Positions 42,001 to 53,600 of a stretch of 64,000 bases of DNA are shown here, piece after piece. The translations under genes and the position numbers were made by a program. The stretch comes from Blastocystis sp. Blastoise (lineage: Eukaryota > Protista > Bigyra: Opalinata): contig JBBPEB010000006.1 of assembly GCA_039096225.1 (NCBI GenBank), positions 620,001 to 684,000 on the forward strand, in the 5' to 3' direction. The notes under the pieces are model-generated. The model was not told the origin of the DNA. It searched no databases and was given only the letters and a program-made list of their open reading frames with translations. Every line of letters begins with the position of its first letter. Positions within the stretch are counted from its first letter, which is position 1.

Positions 42001-45000
42001 ATGGATCTAAGAAGACTACTACAGAAACTACTACTACTATAGAAACTACTACTACTCCTCTTCCTATCAATACGAATGAAATTTTAAACAATAATAATAC
42101 TATAGATATTGATATAGATATAGATCAAAACATGAGTAATTCTGAAACAAATACTCCTATGAATACTATGGAAATACAAGAAGAAATAGCTTCTACTACT
42201 ATGAATACTAATAATGATACTATGATGGATATTGAATCTTCTAATACTCAAGAAAATACTTCTACAAATAATTCAACTCAAAAGAATAAAAAGAATTCTA
42301 CACAAAAAGGAAATAGAAATAAGAATACTAAGAATAAATCAAAATATGATGATTATATAAAGGCTCCTCGAATTCCTAATACTGAAGATCTCCTTTCTAC
42401 TTACTCTCCTATTAATATTCAGAAAACTATACAATTCTCAAAAACTATCAAAGTAGATAATACTCCTAAAAGACGACTTTCTTCCATGGCTATACATAAA
42501 TTAGGAAATTGGAAAAGTTTCATTAGATTTAACAAATTTATAGAAGATAAACTCATACCTCTTGTTACTCCTTTCCCTAACTCCTCTGATGAATCGAATA
42601 CTATACAGATGAATAACGAAATGATTAATTCCTTCAATAATATATGTGATTATATTCAAAATGAACTCTATAATTGGATATATAATAATTCTACTCCTAC
42701 TTATAGATCTTGGCGTAATAATAATCTCAATAACAACAGTTCTATTAAGAAATATAATACTATATACAGAAAGAATAATAGTTATTCTCCTTCTCAAAGG
42801 AATAACTATAATGATAAGAATTCTTCAAATAAATATTCTTATGCTGGAAAAAATAGAAATAGCAATTCATATAGATCAAATAACCAATATAGAAACTTAA
42901 AGAAAACATATACTAGAAAGAATAATCAATATAGAAAGAAGTATATGGATATGCATGATATTTCTCAAAATAATCGCGGTTATGGTCAAAATCAAAACTA
43001 TACTGGTTCTTCTCCTAATAATCTTCAGAATACTACTAATAATACGGATGCTATGAATACTCATGATATTTCTCAGAATAATCATGGGAATACTCAAAAT
43101 CGATATGATACTCAAAATATTCCTGGAAATAATCATGATTATAATCAACATAGATATAATAGAAGAAAGAATAATTATAATCATCCTATAAACAATTATA
43201 GTAATAAAAACAAATATAAAAAGAATAAAAAATATAAGAACTATATGGATTTAAGTCCTTCTACTACTACTACTACTAATCGATCTACTACTATAAATGG
43301 TACTACTCCCTCTACTGATACTACTTCTCCTTCTACTGCTTCTCCTCCTACTACTTCCCCTCCTCCTACTACTACTACTCCTACTAATAATACTAACACT
43401 ATACATATGAATAATAATTTCAAACAAACGAATGATGATTTCTTTGATAATAATCCTTTCAGAAAATCTACGGATAATGAAATTGAAGCTTTAAAGAAAT
43501 ACTATAATAATCTAAAAAGTAATCTAGATACTCTAAAATACGATTTGAATCATACTATATTACCTAATATTCCTGAAACTGAATCCTATACTATCTCTTC
43601 TACTCTTTCTGAGTCTATCCTTAATTGGAAAAATAAACTACAATCTATTACACTCTTTGATGAAGATGAAGAATTAAAAATAAATATATTAAATATCTTA
43701 CAGAAAGATAATGAAAATAATAATACTCCTCTACTTACTCTAGAACAATGGAAAGAGATATTAAATCTTATAATGAATGAGATAGAATCATGCTTATGGA
43801 ATATTAACCAACTTAAAGAAGCTAAAATAAGAATTACTTCTATTAATGATGCTAAGAAAATACAATCCGAATTTGATAAGAATACTAAAGCTTTCTTAAG
43901 AAGTAAAGTATTCTCTAAAACTACTCCTAGATATTGTGAAATACCTTCTAAGGATTTACAAGAACAATTTACGAAACTATATGATTCACAAGAAACTTCA
44001 GATAATATATTACTTCCAGATATTATAAAATCAAATACTAAACAATTACTAAATCCTCCTGCCCTTAATAAGATAACCTATGAAAGAATTAGACATGCAT
44101 TAAAATTTTTACCAAATAACAGTACTCCTGGTCCTAATGGTCTCCCTTATGAAGTTTACAAATACTCCTCTTCTGCTTGTTCTCTATTGGCTTATATATT
44201 AGAAATATGTCGTTCGAATGGTATTACTCTAAAATCTTGGAGTTCCTCTATCACTTGCCTACTAGACAAAAATAAATCGGATCCTAGTAGCTTAGGAAAC
44301 TGGAGACCTTTGGCTTTACAAAATACTGAATCAAAAATACTTTCTTCTATAATGGTTACCTACATGAATGAACTAAACAATAAACAAAACTTTATGTCAA
44401 AATATCAAAAAGGATTTATATCTGGAATACCTGGTTGTGAAGAACTTAATTTCATACTACAAAACTACATAGCTAACTTTAAACTATCTAGAAGAGCTAA
44501 AACTGCTGCCTATTTTACTTTCCTCGACTTGGAGAAGGCCTATGATACGGTACCTCAAAGATTAATGCATCAAATTCTTCAATATATGAACTTCCCTATA
44601 GACTTCAGAAATATTATTCTATCCTTATACTCTTCTGCTAATACTGTTATAAGATTAACCAAAAATTCATATACAGATCCTATATACTTAAAGCGTGGAA
44701 TAAGACAAGGTGATCCCCTATCTCCTCTTCTATTCAATATTATACTTAATCCTTTATTGAATTACCTGAACAATAATCAAGCCATGATGATGAATATTAA
44801 AGATAACACTACTCCTAATAATCCTATTGTTATATCAGAAAGTAATGCTTATGCTTATGCAGATGATATCGTCCTGCTAGCTAACAATAAAGAAGATACG
44901 GAAGTTCTTTTAGGAAAGGTAAAAGAAATACTTAATATATATCATATGAAACTATCGGTTAATAAATGTAAGTGTTTAGCGATGAAATATTCCAATGATG

Positions 45001-46805
45001 GAAATAGAAAACTTACGTATACTCCTCCTCCTCCTACTTATAATAATGAAGTGATTACTCTACTTAAAGATACTGAAATCCAAAGATATTTAGGATGTCC
45101 TATGGGTGAATCCATTACTAAACGAAGAGAATTCTGGGTGAATACGTTAGATGAAATCAAAGAAAAAATAAATTCTTTAAATACTATTCCTATTAGTCCT
45201 CATCAAAAATTAATAACTCTTCGTCAATATATTATTCCTTGTATTGAATTCTTGGCTAGAAATGGTGATACTAATATACTTAAAATAAAAGAACTGGATG
45301 TACTAATAAGAAATAATGTTAAGAATTGGAATGGATGTTCTTCTGTCTGGCCTAAAGACTTTTATAGCACTTCAATACGAGATGGTGGACTTGGTGTTAC
45401 TTCGTTGTTAGATAGGTACTATATTGGTAAAGCTTCTCTACTGGTAAGAATGGCTAATTCAAATGATATAAATATTAGAAATACTTTATATTATGCTCTT
45501 AGATATACTACTCTACAAAATTCTCTATATGTGATTAATGATCCAATAAACTATATGAGAGGCCATATTCCTACTGAAATCCCTGAAACTAGAAAGAAAG
45601 ATTTGGTATTCTTTAATCTATCTATCAACAATATTAACAAACCCTTAAAAGCAAAGAAAGAAAATAATACTATTATTCCTCTAGATATAGACTTTACTAC
45701 ACTGAACCATCCCTTCCCTTATATAAGAAAAGCAATTGATGCTATAGTTGCTTTAAACATGGACATATGTTACTATGAAAATAATCCGAAAAATGGAGCT
45801 GGAATAAGAATAAGAAGTACTGATAATAGTATATCGAAATTTATAGAAGCGAAAGATGTGAAACGTAAGATGTGTAAATTATTAAATGAATCTTTGAAAA
45901 TAAGACATGCTTCTATGCTGAAAGAATACTCCTATTTGCAATATACTAAATATTTGAATAATAATATATCGTGTAACAAATGGATATACAAAACAAAACA
46001 TATTAATCCTTCAAAATACTGTGCCTTATTGAATCTTCGAATGAGAACCCTATATACTGGTGAGATGGCTTATAGAAGACAAGATCCGAAAGGAAAGAAA
46101 CCTACTCTACATGATACTGTCGCTTTATGTCCTTATTGTTTGAAAACTAAAAATGAATCAAGAATACATAGTCAAACACACATCATGACTACTTGTGCTA
46201 GAATCTCTAGAAATGAAAATGGACACGATCTGATTAGCAAAAGACATAATGAAATACGAGAATGTTTAACTAGATCTTTGGCAAAAGCTCTTCCTTATAC
46301 TATTTATAAAGTCAATCAAGAAAAATCAATGAATACTATTCTATATGATGGTAAGAATAAAGAGGAATGGGCTAATCGTCGTCCAGATATTATAATTACA
46401 AGTGAGAAAGAAATAAGAATGGTAGAAATTGGTGTTACTTATGAACAAGTAGATGGAACTCGTGATACTATCTTAGAAATGAAACATACTAAAGATCATT
46501 CATATGATGAAGCTATACAAAAATTACAACATGATTTCCCTAATAAACAAATCTCCTACTATACTGTTATACTTGGTGCCTCTGGGACAATTCCTGAATC
46601 TACTATTCATAATATATCTCAAGTCTCAAAACTCAAAGGAAGATACTTATACTTTTTAATATCAAAAATTAATGATATAGTCTTAGAATGGGCCTATAAG
46701 TATTGGAGACTATCTCTTTCTGATTCTAGACTAATTACAAAAAATATTTCTAGACTACATTCTTCTGCTGCTCATATTGAACTAACTCAACGAAATATTG
46801 AATAA
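39098..46805 (+). pseudogene. Retrotransposon ORF copy 1, with a +1 frameshift near the N-terminus (real or sequencing error)
   Basis: An extra A at 39568 (TCTCCAGATAT versus TCTCCGATAT in copy 2) splits the ORF into 39098-39631 and 39603-46805. Confidence 0.75.
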
Positions 46806-47636
46806 TATATATTACTATATGGAATAATATATACTACTAATTATCCTCTATAATACTTCTATTCATCCTCCATATACTATATTGAATATACTACTTCTAC
46901 TTATACTATATTGATGAAATTTATCTACTACTTATCCTCTACATATTACAATGGATATTATATTAATAATTCTACTTTATATTATACTTACTATATATAT
47001 CTACTCCCTATCCTCTATATATTATATTGGATATATTACTTTTACTTGATTTTATAATTTACTACTTTTTATATATATCTTTTTATTGAAATCTTTTCTT
47101 TATATCTTATTCTAATTCTATTTAATGAAAACTTATTTATACTGATTGAATTTATAATCAGCTCTGATTGAATATCTATATATTTATAGATTGAATTTTC
47201 TCTTTTTCTCTTACTTACTATTTATTAAACTCTTATCTTAAAAATATTACTTAAAAAATTATTCTACTACTTATTAACCTTTAATATTAATTAAATCAAT
47301 TAAATTATATTAATTACATATATATAGTCGTGATATGAAAGGTATATTGTACCTATACATCAGCTATATCCCAGAAATGCTTGGGAGGTGTTAAAATTGT
47401 GTTACTAGATCTGGTATCAGTACACAAATCCCATTCAGAGAGTCCTATTGGTTATTTTAAGGTGCATATGAAATACATGTGTTGTGATATCCCCGTGGTA
47501 AAACATACTTAAACAAAACAAAATGAACAAAAGTTATTAAATGATATTTTAAATTTATTTTAATTTTTTTATGTTCTTTTTCTGTTTGTGTACCGTTCTC
47601 TCTGGTACAAATGGTTACTTTAATTGGCTAACACTT

Positions 47637-50600
47637 GGGGTTCGATCCCCCTATCAGGCGTTTCTTTTTTACATTTTTTTTATATCCTCATGCAATCAGC
47701 AATCCATTTTAGTAACAACGGTGAAGTTCCGGAGTCAAAACTCCAAGTTGATCTGAAGATCAGAGATAAATCTGGGTCTACGAACCTGGCGTCTTCTTCT
47801 GCTCCTAGCCCTAGCGATGAGAACAGTTTACAGATAAACGAGAAACGAATTAAATCTGTGGAAGATGAGAAAAACGAAAAACAAAAAAATTATGATGAAA
47901 ATGGTGATCCAAGATCAAAATTGGTTTTTTCCGGATTTGAAATCCCACAAAACTCCGAGTTCTCCCGTGATTCTACTACTACTAAAATAGATCCTCAAAA
48001 TAAACAAGATTATTCTTTAAATACTAAAGAATTAATAGACTTATCTCTTACTGGTTCAACTACTACAACTACAAACAATTCTTCTAACTGGGTACTTTCT
48101 GAAAGTGATACCCTCTACGTAGATACTACTTCCTCGGCTAAGAAACGAATTATGTCTCCGATATCTACACAATACAAGTCTATTCGAAAAAGAGTGGATA
48201 CTCCTTTGAACCCTCCTCTTGACTCTTCTCTACAAGTGAATTCTGAACCTTTGAAACCTTCTACTGAAAATACTTCTGAAAAGAAAGATGAATCTTGGTC
48301 TTCTACTGGTTGGTCTTCTGATGCCTTTGCTAAGTCTTGGTCTACTAATGTAAACATTTGGATTGATTATGATGATCCTAAACAAAACGTGAAATCTACT
48401 CAAAAATCTACTACCAATCTTGGACTTCCTACACAAAATACGACTCTAAATCAACAAAATGATGTACCTATGGTTATTTCGGTGGCTACAAACACTCTTA
48501 ATGAAAATTCTACTACTATTATTTCTTCTAATGCGTTATCTACTCCTGAAAATGTGTCCTCTACAAAAGAATCCCTGTTGAACAATTCTACTAACGAATC
48601 TACTAATTTATCTATTATTTCTACTCATGAAAATATTCCTACTGTTAACATTACACAATCTAATTCTACTGTTTTAAATACTTCTGAATCTACTAATTTA
48701 ATGAATTCTTCTAATGCTATTGATTCTTCTGCTTTTGTTGATTCTACTAATTCTATTTATTCTTCTGCTTCTATGGTTTCTTCTAATGCTCTTGATTCTT
48801 CTGCTCCTATGGATTCTTCTTTTTCTATGGATTCTTCTGATTCTATAAACTCTCCTGATGCTATAAATTCTCCTGAATCTTCTGATTCTCCTCCTACTCC
48901 TACACTTAGTCAATTACTACACAATAGAATATTCCCAAATGATACGAATCCTCCTTCTTGGGCAAGAAATCCTACACTAGAACTATCTCCTTCTTTATCT
49001 ACATCTTCAAATACTACTATAATAGATACTGCTACAATTACAAATAATACTCCTATTGGAAATGAAATTATTCATCCTTCTATACAAACTACCTCCCTTT
49101 TATCCTCTGAAGATGAACCTATTTCTATCAATTTAAATAATACCGAACAAGAGGATCAAGATATATATACGAATTCTGATTCTAATATAGAAATACCTAT
49201 ACTTACTCCTAATGATATAATAGATGAAAATGAGATTCCTACAAATGAAACTATACTAAATACTATTGAAAATAATGAATTTATTCTTTCTTTTCCTACT
49301 AATATATATACTATTACTTCTCCTCCTAAAGATTTTCCTACTAAATTTAATTGGCTTTTCCCGGCAAAACCTGAATTTCTAATTGGTTATAACACAATAA
49401 AAAAACATAAAAATGGAAAGAAATGGAATAATATAGAATCCTTAAAGGAATTTATAAATCACTTCACTTTAATGTTTATCTACGAGAAAAGAAAAAATAG
49501 GCCTAGAATTCAAAAAAGAATTACCCGCCAAAAAGCATTCTCCATGTTATTCCCTCAGTCAAGTGTGAATACACTGTTCTACTTACTACGAACTCTCAGA
49601 AATATTTATTCAAATAAACATAGAAATTCTAGTGCTCCAATAAATGAAGTAGCGAAACAAAATGAAATCCCTATACAAGAAAGAATAACTCCAAGTGATA
49701 CAACAAATAACTATATACAAAATGAAATTGAGGATAATACACATACTAATATGGGTACCTTTTTATCTCCTGTTCCTTCTGATTCTATAACTACTATTGA
49801 ACCTACTATTCCTTCTATCTCAAATTCTATAATTAATTCTAATTCTATTCCTATACATATTTCTTCTTCTTCTACAAATACTACAAATAATATTGATACT
49901 CCTATTATCATGAATACTACTATAAATCCAGATGATCATACTATAATAGAATCTTCTATATCTATAGAATCTCCTATTACAGTCAATATTTCTTCTACTA
50001 TAGAATCTCCTATATCTATAGAATCTCCTTCTAATATAGATTCAACAAACTTATCTTCTTCTATGAATATAGATCAAATAAATACCAATATAATAAACAA
50101 TACTATTATATCTTCTCCTTCTATAAATAATACTCAATTGTCTCCTAATAGTTCTATAGAAAATATAGATATGGAATTAGATATAGATATTAATAGTATT
50201 CCTTCTACTTTGAATACTATCGATTCTAATACAAATAATATTAATCAGCAAAAGGAATCTATCCATAAGGATTTAGTAAATAATACTATGAATATTACTA
50301 CAAACAAGGAGATTACTACATCTATAACTAATGAAGAAGAAAATACACAAAATAAGAGAAATACTATTAATCTTGATGAAACTAATACTCAAATGAATAA
50401 TACAACTACAATACAGAATCGAAATGAATACTATGATGTATCTTCTGATGAATCGATAATTAATATTTCTTCTACATCCACTTCAACTACTACCTCTCCT
50501 ATGAATTCTCCTATTCCTCTTGAAAATCATATAAGTCTCTCGAATATAGATTTTAATTTTACTCCACTTAATTCTACTCAAAAAGACATAAATGGATCTA

Positions 50601-53600
50601 AGAAGACTACTACAGAAACTACTACTACTATAGAAACTACTACTACTCCTCTTCCTATCAATACGAATGAAATTTTAAACAATAATAATACTATAGATAT
50701 TGATATAGATATAGATCAAAACATGAGTAATTCTGAAACAAATACTCCTATGAATACTATGGAAATACAAGAAGAAATAGCTTCTACTACTATGAATACT
50801 AATAATGATACTATGATGGATATTGAATCTTCTAATACTCAAGAAAATACTTCTACAAATAATTCAACTCAAAAGAATAAAAAGAATTCTACACAAAAAG
50901 GAAATAGAAATAAGAATACTAAGAATAAATCAAAATATGATGATTATATAAAGGCTCCTCGAATTCCTAATACTGAAGATCTCCTTTCTACTTACTCTCC
51001 TATTAATATTCAGAAAACTATACAATTCTCAAAAACTATCAAAGTAGATAATACTCCTAAAAGACGACTTTCTTCCATGGCTATACATAAATTAGGAAAT
51101 TGGAAAAGTTTCATTAGATTTAACAAATTTATAGAAGATAAACTCATACCTCTTGTTACTCCTTTCCCTAACTCCTCTGATGAATCGAATACTATACAGA
51201 TGAATAACGAAATGATTAATTCCTTCAATAATATATGTGATTATATTCAAAATGAACTCTATAATTGGATATATAATAATTCTACTCCTACTTATAGATC
51301 TTGGCGTAATAATAATCTCAATAACAACAGTTCTATTAAGAAATATAATACTATATACAGAAAGAATAATAGTTATTCTCCTTCTCAAAGGAATAACTAT
51401 AATGATAAGAATTCTTCAAATAAATATTCTTATGCTGGAAAAAATAGAAATAGCAATTCATATAGATCAAATAACCAATATAGAAACTTAAAGAAAACAT
51501 ATACTAGAAAGAATAATCAATATAGAAAGAAGTATATGGATATGCATGATATTTCTCAAAATAATCGCGGTTATGGTCAAAATCAAAACTATACTGGTTC
51601 TTCTCCTAATAATCTTCAGAATACTACTAATAATACGGATGCTATGAATACTCATGATATTTCTCAGAATAATCATGGGAATACTCAAAATCGATATGAT
51701 ACTCAAAATATTCCTGGAAATAATCATGATTATAATCAACATAGATATAATAGAAGAAAGAATAATTATAATCATCCTATAAACAATTATAGTAATAAAA
51801 ACAAATATAAAAAGAATAAAAAATATAAGAACTATATGGATTTAAGTCCTTCTACTACTACTACTACTAATCGATCTACTACTATAAATGGTACTACTCC
51901 CTCTACTGATACTACTTCTCCTTCTACTGCTTCTCCTCCTACTACTTCCCCTCCTCCTACTACTACTACTCCTACTAATAATACTAACACTATACATATG
52001 AATAATAATTTCAAACAAACGAATGATGATTTCTTTGATAATAATCCTTTCAGAAAATCTACGGATAATGAAATTGAAGCTTTAAAGAAATACTATAATA
52101 ATCTAAAAAGTAATCTAGATACTCTAAAATACGATTTGAATCATACTATATTACCTAATATTCCTGAAACTGAATCCTATACTATCTCTTCTACTCTTTC
52201 TGAGTCTATCCTTAATTGGAAAAATAAACTACAATCTATTACACTCTTTGATGAAGATGAAGAATTAAAAATAAATATATTAAATATCTTACAGAAAGAT
52301 AATGAAAATAATAATACTCCTCTACTTACTCTAGAACAATGGAAAGAGATATTAAATCTTATAATGAATGAGATAGAATCATGCTTATGGAATATTAACC
52401 AACTTAAAGAAGCTAAAATAAGAATTACTTCTATTAATGATGCTAAGAAAATACAATCCGAATTTGATAAGAATACTAAAGCTTTCTTAAGAAGTAAAGT
52501 ATTCTCTAAAACTACTCCTAGATATTGTGAAATACCTTCTAAGGATTTACAAGAACAATTTACGAAACTATATGATTCACAAGAAACTTCAGATAATATA
52601 TTACTTCCAGATATTATAAAATCAAATACTAAACAATTACTAAATCCTCCTGCCCTTAATAAGATAACCTATGAAAGAATTAGACATGCATTAAAATTTT
52701 TACCAAATAACAGTACTCCTGGTCCTAATGGTCTCCCTTATGAAGTTTACAAATACTCCTCTTCTGCTTGTTCTCTATTGGCTTATATATTAGAAATATG
52801 TCGTTCGAATGGTATTACTCTAAAATCTTGGAGTTCCTCTATCACTTGCCTACTAGACAAAAATAAATCGGATCCTAGTAGCTTAGGAAACTGGAGACCT
52901 TTGGCTTTACAAAATACTGAATCAAAAATACTTTCTTCTATAATGGTTACCTACATGAATGAACTAAACAATAAACAAAACTTTATGTCAAAATATCAAA
53001 AAGGATTTATATCTGGAATACCTGGTTGTGAAGAACTTAATTTCATACTACAAAACTACATAGCTAACTTTAAACTATCTAGAAGAGCTAAAACTGCTGC
53101 CTATTTTACTTTCCTCGACTTGGAGAAGGCCTATGATACGGTACCTCAAAGATTAATGCATCAAATTCTTCAATATATGAACTTCCCTATAGACTTCAGA
53201 AATATTATTCTATCCTTATACTCTTCTGCTAATACTGTTATAAGATTAACCAAAAATTCATATACAGATCCTATATACTTAAAGCGTGGAATAAGACAAG
53301 GTGATCCCCTATCTCCTCTTCTATTCAATATTATACTTAATCCTTTATTGAATTACCTGAACAATAATCAAGCCATGATGATGAATATTAAAGATAACAC
53401 TACTCCTAATAATCCTATTGTTATATCAGAAAGTAATGCTTATGCTTATGCAGATGATATCGTCCTGCTAGCTAACAATAAAGAAGATACGGAAGTTCTT
53501 TTAGGAAAGGTAAAAGAAATACTTAATATATATCATATGAAACTATCGGTTAATAAATGTAAGTGTTTAGCGATGAAATATTCCAATGATGGAAATAGAA

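Larger units (their letters stand above)
39045..47636 (+). mobile_element. RLE-type non-LTR retrotransposon, copy 1 (8,592 bp), adjoining and overlapping tRNA-Lys
   Basis: The unit starts at GGGGTTCGATCC and ends ...TGGCTAACACTT. It encodes RT, CCHC and RLE domains and is near-identical to copy 2. Confidence 0.93.

Noticed and set aside
47637-47660. Additional tRNA genes at 47637 and 56228
   Set aside because: Only the T arm and 3' acceptor strand are present. The upstream sequence gives no D stem or full acceptor pairing.
47624-47689. ORF-track N-terminal extensions reading through the tRNA fragment (also from 39023 and 56215)
   Set aside because: They start at TTG and cross the element junction. 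The first ATG (MQSAI) conserved in all three copies is the likelier start.
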